DNA from: Lama guanicoe
Taxonomy: Eukaryota
Direction: 5' to 3'
Length of the DNA: 60,000 nt
Assembly: GCA_013239625.1 (NCBI GenBank)
Contig: MU053881.1
Span: forward strand, 3,350,001 to 3,410,000
Part shown: positions 49,071 through 60,000 of the stretch, in pieces
Layout of the letters: each line of letters begins with the position of its first letter
Numbering within the stretch: position 1 is the first letter of the stretch
The notes under the pieces: generated by a model
Databases searched by the model: none
What the model saw: the letters and a program-made list of their open reading frames with translations, nothing else
What the model was told of the DNA's origin: nothing
Made by a program: the position numbers and the translations under genes

Positions 49071-49486
49071 GCACAGGGAGGAAGGGTCTTCCATACCCAC
49101 TAGAGAGCGTGGACTCAATCTTGAAAGTACAGGTAAATCAGCTGAGATTTGTCAGTGGGAGAGGCACAGTTAGAACTGAGGTTACATGGAAGTGGACTGG
49201 AGAACACTTATTCCTTTGCCCTGAAGTCTTTTTGTCTCTTTCTGTTATTCAGATGTGTTTGCCTGCAGAAAAGGCACAATATTTATCTACTTTCTATTTC
49301 TTGGTGAACTTACAAAGAAAGACTGCCCTCCCACCATTTAACCTGCGATTTTGAGAGTCACTGAAATTCAGGGGCATTATTGTCAACCTACTCATTCCCA
49401 GGTCAAAGCCCTGTCCTTGAGTTTAGTTTTATCAGGAACAAAGCTGATGTCTTCATCTCCATCTGACTTCTGAATCTATTTCTCAA

Positions 49487-49586
49487 ATGGCGTTATGTTG
49501 TTGGTTTTTATGGCTGAGTAGTATTCCATTGTATAAATATACCACATCTTCTTTATCCAGTCATCTGTTGATGGATATTTAGGTTG
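49487..49586 (-). mobile_element. Internal L1 fragment (end of ORF2) with no polyA tail
   Basis: Its reverse complement aligns closely to the L1 at ~42239-42344. Flanked by tttctcaa at 49479-49486 and 49587-49594. Confidence 0.85.
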
Positions 49587-50076
49587 TTTCTCAATTAACT
49601 GGCCCTTAACTTAGTGGAGAAGAAAGGGGATTTCTGTACAGACCAGCCTCAAATCCCAAAATGAATTAGAAGGAGAGAGAGGAGGAGGAAGGTAGATCAA
49701 TAAAGTGTTGTGCACAGAGGTCAGACAGGAAAAAAAAAAACAAACATAAAAAACAGTATGGAGAAAAGGAAGAATTCAAGAGAGAGATTTCTGACTGAGC
49801 AGAATGTGGGACTGAAGAGGAGCCCAGGAGCCAGGCTGCCCTACGCTCTGATGCCTGAAAGGTGAGAAGTAAGATCTTGGGTGAGTTACTTTACCTTCCT
49901 CTGTTTCATTGGCCAACTCTGCAAAATTGAGGCAATATTATTAGAATCCAAATTATAGCATTTTGTGAGAAACAAATGAGTGGAATAAATGAATTAATCC
50001 AGGGAAGGTGTTCAGTATGGTCTCTGATGTATTAAATACACGATAAACAGTTGAGACAACCATTGTTTTGCATGTA

Positions 50077-50274
50077 CAGTTGGTCCTTCGTATCTGCGTG
50101 CCACATCCCCGAATTCGACCAATTTTTCCATCCACAGTTGGTTGAATATGCAGACGCAGAATCCGCGGACATGGAGAGCTGGTGGTACTACACCGTATTT
50201 TTATAATGGAGCTGAGCGTCCGCAGATGTCCACCCAGAAGGAGCCTCCCACGGATTCCTGCGGAGGGAGGACTG
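50077..50274. mobile_element. TcMar-Tigger MITE (MER2-like)
   Basis: TA-cagttggtccttcgtatc...cggagggaggactg-TA: terminal inverted repeats with a TA TSD. Confidence 0.8.
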
Positions 50275-50939
50275 TAGAAGTTACAGCTTATTTGAGTTGA
50301 CTGTGCACGAAGGTACTAGAACTCTGTAAAAGTAAAAGGCCACATCGTGAATTCAGTTTGTCTCATCTTTTGCCTCTTGCCCCTAAAATCAAATTCTTGT
50401 CGATAAGGAGATTTAGTGACTCAGTCCAGATGAGTAGAGCTAATACAGTTCTTCGTGTATTTCTGCCTCTTGCCCCTTGTGTGCTTCAGATTCTATTCGT
50501 TTTGGGAACTTTAATAATGCTTTTCTTATTTTTGCTGTCACTAAGGTGGTTTTCATTATCATTATAAATTCCAATTCCTTCAACTACTGCAGGTTGCCCT
50601 AGGTCATAAGTCTCCATGGGTTTTCAATTGATTATTATGATATTTGCTAATGATGGTGGATTGGGGGATAAAGTATATGTGCTCCATCTTCTAGAATGGA
50701 GCCTAGCAAGCATTTCCCAATATTCTCTTATGTGGGTGGAACCAGATTTATTTTTACGTGAGAGTCTTCATTTTAAGAATTGCATGGAAATTTACCTTTG
50801 CGGTGGGAATTTTTTTCTTTAATTCATATACCTTGGTTACATTTTATTGTTCAAAAATGCCCTCCAGGTTTTTATAGATGCAAATCTGAGAACTATGGCT
50901 AACAGTCAACACTCCATTAGTGGTGCTAGACATAATTTT

Positions 50940-51375
50940 GTGGTGTATCTTGGGTTGAGGTGCCTGGAGGAAAACCTTGAGGGAGAAGTTTGTATGCAGG
51001 AGGTGTACTGGGTGGTGCTCTCGGGAGCAAATCTGCCAGGAAGTAAGGGGAACTGAGTTGGGCTGGAGGGAAGTTGGAATGTGATGTAGTTATAGCAGAG
51101 GTTTTAGGTGATCCTGCAGGGAGCTTGGAAGCTGAGATGCCCCTTTAGGTGTCTGGAAGTGAGACAGGAGTTCTCTGTACCCCCACATCAAACAGCAGTT
51201 AGATTTGGTTTGAGTTAGGAAACAGGATGAGATATCATGGGAGGCAGCTCTTTTCAGCTGAGAGTGATTCCTGGGGAGGGACGAGCCTGGAGTAGCCACT
51301 ATTCCCAGGTGGGGACAGCGTGTGCCTTAGTCCTATGGGGGGACGTGGGCAGTGTACCTCAGTACCCACTATGTA
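50940..51375 (-). mobile_element. ERVL LTR16-like LTR
   Basis: gtatcttgggttgaggtgcctggagg...gtttgtatgcaggaggtgtactggg. Confidence 0.65.
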
Positions 51376-51453
51376 GGGGCATATATTAATAATTATAACA
51401 TCATTTGAAATGCTAGAAATATTTCAGCTGAATTCTTTTTCTCTCTGTGCAAT

Positions 51454-51905
51454 TGTGTTAGTTTCCTGAGGCTCAGTAACAAAGCACAGCAAACTCGGCA
51501 GCTTATAGCAACAGAAGTCTGTTGTCTCACGGTTCTGGAGGCTCTAAGCCCCAAATCAAAGTGTTGGCGGGGCCGTGCTCTCATTGAAGGCTCCAGGGGA
51601 GGCTCCTTCCTTGCCCCTCTCCTGGCTCCTGGTGGTTGCTGGCAACCTCTGTTTCCCTTGCCTTGTAGCTGTATCGCTGCACCTCCGCCTGCGTTACCAC
51701 ATGGCGTTTCTCTGTATGTTTTTGTGTCCAAACTTTCCTCTTCTTATAAGGATGCCGGTCACTGGATTAAGTTGTACCCTAATCCAGTATGACCTTATCC
51801 TTAACTTGATTACATTTGCAAAGACTCTGCTTCCAATTAGGGTCATATTCTATAGGTTAGGACTTCAATATACATTTGGTGAGGGACACAATTCAACCCA
51901 TAACA
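51454..51905 (-). mobile_element. MLT1C-like solo LTR
   Basis: tgtgttagtttcctgagg...ctcacggttctggagg...aatccagtatgaccttatccttaacttgattacatttgcaaagac...cacaattcaacccataaca. Confidence 0.85.
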
Positions 51906-51949
51906 GCCACCATTTGAGCATATATATGAATTCACCTGCTGGACCATTA

Positions 51950-52365
51950 TCCAGATCATGTTGCCCCATCTTGCTCACAGACGCATAGTTAAAGATGGTG
52001 TCTCCGCTTCCACGGTTCTTTTTCAGGTCTCACCATCTCTTTCCTAGACTATTGTAACAGCCTCTCTGCTGATCTCCCTCCAGCCAGCTGCCTCAGTCTA
52101 CTTGCCTCATTACCCTCAAGGGACCCTTCGAAGGCCCAGTTTTGATTGTGTAGTTCTGCTGCTCAAAGTCCATCAGGGGTTTTCAGATACTTACGTTCTG
52201 AAATTCATACCCTTAGTCTGATATTCAAGATCCTGTGTTCCCTGATCCTGCCAGCCTAACAGCCTCATCTTAGATTCGTGTTTGCTTTGTACTTTTCACT
52301 TACAAAGATATTAGATTGCTTGTGTGTGCCTAGCACACAGTAGGCACTTAATAAATGGCCATTCT
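51950..52365 (+). mobile_element. L2 fragments
   Basis: cctagactattgtaacagcctc...gtgcctagcacacagtaggcacttaataaatg. Confidence 0.65.
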
Positions 52366-52994
52366 CTCTCCTCCCTCTATAGTTTACAAAAAGACTTTCC
52401 TCCTCCAGGGAGCTAATGAAATTCTCACCCTCTCCTGCTGACGTAGGTAGTTTCAGAGGTAGTAGATGTAGTTGACGGGGATGCTGACAGTTAGAGAGGA
52501 GAAATAGCTAACCAGGTACTGCTGAAACCAAGAGTCACAGTCAGATTTCTGACTTCCAATACGTGGTCCTTTCTGACGAGTCATGCCTGTGCAGTTCACA
52601 CTTAACAGACTTGATCTTCCATGTATTTAAACGTGTCACCTGTTTCTCGTATCGGTTCTCTTTGTGAGCTGCAAAGACTGAACTTAGGGAACAAATTTCT
52701 CCTATACTGCAACACCTGAAACAGAAACAATTGTGGAGCAAGAAATAGGTTTTCCCACGTTGGGAATACGGGGAATATTTAGAGTAGCATAAAAATGCAT
52801 TTGGGCCATGAGAGACTGCACTTCTCTTAATTCTCCCTTGTAAAGAAGACTGATGCATGTCCGTAAACATCCCTTCGCTGTATGTCAGAAAGGCATGGTT
52901 GACCCCAGGAATTGAATAAAAGCATCGGTGTATGTCTATTTTTCTTTAAGATACAGCTGTGTGAGTCAGAGGTGCTACGCCAGGTGTTACAGAG

Positions 52995-53008
52995 GTTTCC
53001 ATGGCAAC
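52995..53008. promoter_or_regulatory. RFX X-box motif
   Basis: GTTTCCATGGCAAC matches the GTYNCC-AT-GGNAAC palindrome, in apparently non-repeat sequence. Confidence 0.55.
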
Positions 53009-54111
53009 TTCATCTTTATTTTCCCTCCTGAATAGCACTGCTAAATGGTGACTTCAAGGCAACACCTATTTGAGATTTTCAATCTAAAAGATTGTAAGCT
53101 GCATTTACACATCTCCAAATAGAAAGGAGAACTGAACAATTTTTTTAAGGAGTTGGAAGAACATAGACCTGACAGCTGATTTGAACTTCTTATCCACCTT
53201 GTCCTATTATAACTATCATTACTGGAATGATACTGTACTTACTTTAACTCTCAACTTGTTTTTCCTTTGGTAGAATTTGCTGAAGACATTTTTAGATCCT
53301 CACTGTCATGAAGGAGACGTTTCTGGAAGTTATGTCCAGAAAAGCCAGGTCAGAGTCATTGAATAAACACAAAATGGAAAGTATTGCAATATTTAGGCAA
53401 TCAGGATGGCATATCTAGAAAACTGGAGCAAGAGTAGATTTTCTTTGTGCATGTAGTCATGTTTCATATTTCACAGACCACAGGAACAATTTGGAATGAG
53501 TTAAACGTGATAACTGATCTCAGAGTTTTGGGTGGTGCTGCGTTGCTCATTCTCTGTGACAATACCATGGGAGAAAAATCTGGCAATGGACTTCTCACTG
53601 ACAAAGACCTTACACAAAGATCTTTTTTCAAGCAGCTGCATGCCATTCTTCTTGGGCAATGTTTTCTTCTAAGACTGGCTCATAATCAGTGTCTTATAGC
53701 TGAATTGCAGCCATCAGTCTCCAGTTGGGGCAAAGAGTATGGACAAGGCCATGGGCAAGGGACCAGTATTCTGATCCGTGTTAGAAATTAGCCATCATCA
53801 GATGCATGACTCAGATGAGTGAGTCATATTTACAAAACTGAACTAATAATAGTTCTAGACTCTGACCTTTCAAAATAGCAGCTGAACTGATTATTAAGAG
53901 ATTTCCATCCAAGAATGTCATACTCGCATTGATCTTGTTGGTAGACAAACAATTATCTTATCAGAGACCATTCATTTATTCATTCATTCATTCAAGGACA
54001 ATGGAACAGGGATTGGTATTTGCACAGTCAAGTCTGACAAACCTGGGTTTGACTTCATCTTTTAAGCCCCAGTTTCCTCAATCTTGAATTGAGATAAAAA
54101 ATAATACCTAC

Positions 54112-54251
54112 TTGGGGAGGGTATAGCTCAGTGGTAGAGTGCATACTTAGTATGCACAAGGTCCTGGGTTCAATCCCCTGTCCCTCCATTAAATCAATCA
54201 ATCAATAAACCTAGTTACCCCCCCCCAAAGAAAACCAAACAAAAACAAAAC
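54112..54251 (+). mobile_element. tRNA-derived SINE (camelid vic-1 type) inserted in a MIR
   Basis: ggggagggtatagctcagtggtagagtgc (A box) ... gggttcaatccc (B box), followed by an A-rich tail. TSD aaaataa(t/c)acctac at 54098-54111 and 54252-54265. Confidence 0.9.
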
Positions 54252-56569
54252 AAAATAACACCTACCACAGAGGGTATTGGGAAGATTAAATAAGATAATG
54301 CACATAAGGCTTGTGGGACAGTTCCTGCCTCAACACAAGTTCTCAATCAATGAATCTTTGTTGAATACATGAATGGAAATGTTTATTGAGTGGTTACTTC
54401 GTTCAAGTCTCTTTTTGTGGCATTGGGGCTAAGAGGACTCAGACATGATCTGGGACTCGGTGGACGAAGAAAACACAACACACCAATAATTGGCCCCTTC
54501 ATCGACCATGGCCTGCAGCATGGGCACTTGGGTTATCTGCAAATATTATTAACATTGAACAGTAATTCAATGGACATCTTTGAGGGTAAGCTCTGAGCTC
54601 ATCTCAGATTATAGATCGTAGATCTAGATCCCTGAAAGTGGAACTGGTGAGTGAAAGCATGTTATTCACACCACACCAGAGGCAAGCCTGGAGGTTGTGA
54701 GAGAACAGAAAAGAGTAAACAGCATGTGACTCAAGCAGATGGAAGAGCATAGTGAGTGAAGTCTTCTGGTGAACTCTGAAAGGATGGGATAACAGCAATA
54801 CCAAGAATAGTGGGAGGCAGGCAGCATTATTATTATTACTGCTGCCCTTTTACAGATGAGGAGACAGAGCTAGAAAAGGTCCAGACATCTGTGCAAGGTC
54901 CTACAGCTAGCAGAGGGTGGAGTTAGGGTCCTAAGTGAGACCGTTCAATTCTACTCACTGTGTCGGTGGTGGGTGGTGGGTGGTAAGAGAGGTAGTGGGG
55001 AGTAGTTGGGAAAAGGAGAAAAGGAGAAAGGGAACAATGAGCAGAAGGAACAGCATGTGCAAAGATAAGAAGGTCTTAAAAACCATAGTGTAGTTTAGTT
55101 CTTTGAAGAGCTGTTGTTGTTCAGATAGATTGAGACTGGTACTTTGAAAAATGCAAGATTCTTCAGAAGCATGAATACTTATTACTGTTTATTACTACTG
55201 CCTAAATGAAGACAAACTGGAAAGGATTCAATTTATACTCAGTTTAATTCGTTTACTTTGACTTGTCCATATGGTTTTCACACTAGCTGCTAGCATGCTC
55301 CTGGCTGGTGGATAATCGCTTTATAGGTGGGGTGTTTGCTGCTTGCCAGGCCCACATAAAGCTGGGCTTTGTGAACTGCTTCTTATCTTTTAACTATGTT
55401 CCAAGGTAGGTGTTTTCAACCTTACTTTACAGGTGATTAAATTGAGCTCAGACACGCTGGATGGCTTTTCTCAAGTCCTGATAGAGCCATTGTTTGAGCC
55501 TACCTGAACCTGTCCGCAGAGTCTGTGGTGTGATCGTGCAGGGGACAGGTAAGAAGACAGTCTAAATTCTCAGAGCAGACTAGAGAAGGAATTGGGATGT
55601 CTCTAATTTCTCCTGTGAGCCTAATTCTGCCTCTATGCCCATCACTTACACCAGGAAGTCTAAAAATGGCCGCTTCACATGTTTCCCAGTCTTCAAGTTC
55701 CCTTGCACACCACTTCCCATAAGCAGCCTTACAACACTGCTCTGTTGTACACTAATCTGCTCACTGACCTCTCTCACAGTGTCCAACGCCAAGGCCAAGG
55801 TAAACTCCTCAACTAGCCATTCGCTCCACATCTCCACTATGTGCCGGAACTTCCACCCACATGGCTTATTGGCTGATGCTTGTGGATAGTCTGGTGAAGT
55901 ATGTACCATGACCTGAATTTTATAAGATGATCAGTTTGTAAATGGCAAAGCTAGGATTTAAATCCTGGCCAGCTGACCTCAAAATGTGTGTTTATAAAAA
56001 TCCTTAGAAACCGTGAAGAATTCTGAGATATGTGCATACTGCCTGTAAGAGATAAGGATATCGTGAAGAAGCTAGGTAAAAGCAAGACTTAACTTTCTTC
56101 CTCCCTAGGAGATAAGCAGTATTTCTAGTTTTATTCAGTGCAGGAAGGCAAAGGGTCCTATTTCCATCCATGGTGCTTACCTGCTTTCCCTCTGGAGGAA
56201 GTACAGAGGCAGATAAAGTGGGAGAAAGTTTCAGATTGCCCCCAGATGTAGCCTTAGCCAGATGAGCAGACCAATGAGTTCATAGTGGTGGATGTTCATG
56301 GAAGGTAACTCCTGTGCATGAGTCTCTGCAGTGATGCAGGAATCAGAAGGACATGATGGATAACGCCACCTCCCAAAAGGGCAGAAAAGAGAAATGCAGT
56401 TTAAAGCATCCCTGCTGAGTTGCCATAACTCATGACTCTGGGTTCTGTGACCCAGAAAAATACACCTTCCTTAAAAGTTTCACTTAACGTTATCTTTCTT
56501 TAATATAACTAGCTGAGAGCTTAAAGTACTGAGAATTAAATCCTTAATAACAATAGATGGGCATATTGT

Positions 56570-57570
56570 CTTAGAAACAATCAAATATGTGTTAAAATCC
56601 AGGGTCCATCACTGGCTTGCCTCCTTGGGCAAGTGATTCAACTTTTGGGGCTTCAGTTTCCTCTTCTGTAAAGTGAGGGTGGTATTTACCTTGGAAGTTG
56701 TTGCAAAGGATGTTGCATGTGAAATGTCCAGCGGTCCCCCCAGCAAGGCCACAGTGGTCAATGGGTAGCTGTTGTGATGATTGAGATCAAGGTTAATTCT
56801 TGTGCTGACACAGTATTTTCACAACTCCTTTGTATGGTCACTTGAATAAAGGTCATTGGAATCAACTTGAGTTGATTTTTTGGAGTTTTTTGATGTCATG
56901 GCATCACATATGTGACATTCAGCCTCTGTTGCCTATCCCTGTTTCCCTGACACACAGTGAACAAAACCACAACGCCTTAGTTAGGACCCCAGCTCAACCC
57001 CATGCTAACTCTGGGGAATTATGCAAACTTCTGGACCTCTTCTGTCTCTGCCTCCTCATCTGTAAAATATCAACAGTAATAACAGCACCTACCTTCTACT
57101 ATTCTTGGTGTCATGATCTCCCACTTACCACTTGTTTCTGTGAAAGAATAATTTATTCATTAATCACCTATTTCTTCACCCATCTATCAGTTAACTTACT
57201 TCATGTATTTATTTGTTCACTCCTCCTTCAACTCTTCATTCAATAAAGAGATGTGGGTGCTAGATTAGGACCTGGGGAAGCAGAAAAGTGTGTTTCTCTT
57301 GGGTATTTCTCTCATCAGCAATGGGAAAATACCAAGAGGAAAACTGAGCCCACAAGCCCCGGGCAAGCTGCTGTGTCAGGAACTCTCCCATGTGCAACTT
57401 CATGTACATTCCAGAATAACCCAGTGACATAGGCACCACTTTCACAGGTCAGGAAAGAGGCTTCCACAGGTGGAGTCATGCACCCACAGTTACATAGCTG
57501 GCCAGTGATGAAGCTGAAATTTGGATACAAACACGTCTAATCCAATGCCTGGGTTCTTTTCAAAGCTCCA
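56570..57570. mobile_element. Cluster of MIRs (~56570-56780 +, ~56980-57100 +, ~57380-57570 -)
   Basis: ccttgggcaagtg...cagtttcctcttctgtaaagtgagg; cctcctcatctgtaaaat; ttacatagctggccagtgatgaagctg. Confidence 0.65.
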
Positions 57571-58259
57571 TGTGGCCTCTGAGCAGAGCCAGGGAGGTAG
57601 ATTCATAACCAGTACATTTCATGAAGCAAGATCTTGAGGCATAAGTGGGAGTGTGCAAGGTCTAGGGGATGCAGCATTATTTAGCTCCATGGTAACTGGC
57701 ATCGCACCCAATGCCATCCTTAGCCTAGTCTGTAAAGTGTGGAACCTTATCTGCCCCACCTTGATAATATAAGCCATCTTCCTCTATATATACACTTTAT
57801 ACATCATTCTTTTTATTAGGTGCCCCTTTCATCCCCCCTCTCCTTTTTTGGTCCTTATGTTCCCCTCCCTCCATTTCTACATCCACTTTCCTGCCAGCAG
57901 CCCTTTGCTCATGCTGCTCCCTGCACTTAAAATAGCCTCTTTTCTTCACTATCTATCCGGAAATGCTATTGGGCAAAGCAACCTGCCCTTCTCTGAACCT
58001 TTCTCTGTTCCTTTCTTGAATCATTTTTCTCTTGTTATTATTGGCTTTGCATACTTCTTAAATTGTCCACCTGATTATCTATTGCTTGAAGATAATGAAT
58101 GTGTTCAATATCCTTTGCCAAACTCTCAGACAAATAAAAAATGCCTCATTCTATCTTTGTGACTAAACCTGGTTACCTCCTTGCTATGTGGTCCAAATTT
58201 GTCCTGTAAAATGGAAACACCTACGGTTGCCACTTGCTTATAAAATAGATCCAATCAGA

Positions 58260-58660
58260 TTGGTCTTTTTGACAACACATAATGACTGGCGCTTGGTGTG
58301 TCTCAAGCCTTGTGTCAGATACTGGAGATACAGCAATGAGTAATACATTGACTCTCCCCCCAAGGGTGGGAGGGTGGCAGGTGGAGATAAAACCAGTGGT
58401 TACTGTGCACTGTGACTTTGAGTGTGTTACGATGATCCACCTCATTCAATTTGGGGTGGGTGATATCAGGGAAAGGTTCTCAGTTGAATTGTGAAAAAGC
58501 AAAATATGTTATAGAGGTCTGGGAAGATGGGTCCATGAACATTTAGAACAGAAAGAATAGCATTTGAGGAAACCCTGGGGAGCAAATCATCCTGATTCAC
58601 TTGAAGTACTTGTAGCCAAATATAGTCTTGGTTTCTCTGACAGTAAAGTAAGGGACGGAT
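58260..58660 (-). mobile_element. L2 fragment
   Basis: gtgtcagatactggagatacagcaatgagtaatac...atcagggaaaggttctc. Confidence 0.6.
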
Positions 58661-59389
58661 CAGATAATGTCCAAAAAGATCCTTTAAAACCTTCGTGTTT
58701 TGAGGGATAGAACATTCCTTATACCTCTCTTCCCAAAAATAACTTAAATCTCAAGTACAAAGTTGACTATAGGAAGAGTTGGATATTTAATCTCCATCCT
58801 TTAAAAATATTCTTGCGAAGTTTTCATTTTCCTAGACACCTTTCTCAGATTTGGGGCTTGAAAACCTCGTATAAAAGGCTGGTCAGTTTAGAATCTTTAG
58901 GAGACTAACTACGCATTCTGGGGGAGGTAAGATGCTTTCCATCAAAGTCAGTGTTTTCGTATCCTATCTCATGTATTTAGACTTAAAAAAAATGAGATTA
59001 TTCATTTTGGTTCTAGGATCTCAGGATAAGCAGAAGTGTTGAATGCTAATGTTTTCAAAGTAACTCCAGAATCACACTTACTTTAAGACAGGAAAGCTAT
59101 TTCCTATTCAATTACATATTATAAAGGATGCCCTTGAGCTCTGCCACTCGGGACACCTGGTTAAAGCCATTCGTTTCTAGGCAAATATGGTGAGCAGAAC
59201 ATTGACCAAGCAACTGCTCCTTGCCAGCTGCCTTGGACATCTTATGCCTTTAATTCTCACAACAGTCTTAAGAGCTGTCCATTACCCCTGGCAGCTCAGT
59301 ACAGTCACTCTAGAACTGTTAAATTTGAGATCTGAACTCAGGGTTTTGTGACACCAAGCCCAGTGCTCATTCTGCATGTCACTCTCTGA

Positions 59390-59986
59390 TGTGGACGTTG
59401 TGTTTGCCTGCCCACAGTCCATCCTCTTTTCTTGTAATAACAGCAACTTGATTTCCCTCTGTGGATCCATCTCCTCACACACAGGTTTGTTGATTTTGGT
59501 GCAACTGATTTGAAACCTCAGCTCTAAAGGTGGTTGTGTGTCGCATAGCTGGTCAACCAGTATCTCACGTATCACTTGGCCATAGGAACTGGCTCAGGAA
59601 TTGCCTTATGATCCAGACCAGTGAGACACAGTTCTGAGATTTTGTTGAAACCATTGTGAGAGAGAAATTCTTTTCCCACTGGAATGGTTAGTTGTAAAAA
59701 TACCGTACATCTTGAGGTGCCAACTTGTCCTGGTTTGCCTGGGACTTTAGCACTGAAAGTTTCCCATAATTAGAAGCTCCTCATTCCCAGGCAAACTAGG
59801 ACTACTGGTCACCCTGGTAGAGCGAGCCATCAAGCTTGATGTGAATATTTAACCTTCTGGGTGGACCCATCTATGCTTGAATATACACTGACTTTTCTCT
59901 TACTTAAGCCAATACATCTCCTTTTCTACTTAAGCGAAGTTTAATTGGTTTCTGTCACTTGCAAATGAGAGGATCCTGCCTCATAC
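59390..59986 (+). mobile_element. Old MaLR LTR (MLT1K/L-like)
   Basis: 3' end cttaagcgaagtttaattggtttctgtcacttgcaaatgagaggatcctgcctcataca. Confidence 0.75.
59713..59815. mobile_element. MER81-like hAT-Blackjack MITE nested in the LTR
   Basis: Palindromic gtcctggtttgcctggga...ttagcactgaaag...tcccaggcaaactaggac...ggtcaccct. Confidence 0.8.
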
Positions 59987-60000
59987 ACAGCATCAAATGA

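Noticed and set aside
50370..50478. 14-bp direct repeat tgcctcttgcccct about 94 bp apart, as a possible TSD
   Set aside because: The enclosed sequence has no polyA, terminal repeats or recognisable element.
54114..54186. tRNA gene
   Set aside because: The SINE tail and TSD are present and the acceptor stem is degenerate, so this is a tRNA-derived SINE.
54965..55012. G-rich tract as a G-quadruplex
   Set aside because: Irregular G-runs with long loops; ordinary low-complexity sequence.
1..60000. A novel multi-gene or prokaryote-style system (CRISPR array, operon, defence island)
   Set aside because: The sequence is mammalian repeat-rich DNA with no regularly spaced repeat-spacer array. The short ORFs are the number expected by chance or are TE-derived.

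Overview
Mammalian, repeat-rich non-coding DNA (intergenic or deep intronic). Two tRNA-derived SINEs of the vic-1 type and the L1 3' ends point to a camelid (alpaca, llama or camel); this is an inference. I see no intact protein-coding gene, rRNA, true tRNA or CRISPR array. Roughly half the window is transposable-element derived: MIR, L2, L1M/HAL1, MaLR/ERVL/ERV1 LTRs, hAT and Tigger MITEs, and a young 2.56-kb 5'-truncated L1 with a TSD. The best-supported non-routine items are: (i) an ancient minus-strand ARL2BP processed pseudogene split by a MER8/Tigger2 MITE (~45580-46570); (ii) a near-consensus REST/NRSF RE1 site inside a small CpG-retaining patch (27556-27576); (iii) a palindromic RFX X-box (52995-53008); (iv) a set of atypical retrotransposition products, namely a 130-bp polyadenylated LTR R-region retrocopy, an inverted L1 lacking its normal tail, a tail-less internal L1 fragment, and a SINE with four tandem 5' heads. 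I found no evidence for a new multi-gene system. Repeat subfamily names and most old-repeat boundaries come from recalled consensus sequences and are approximate.
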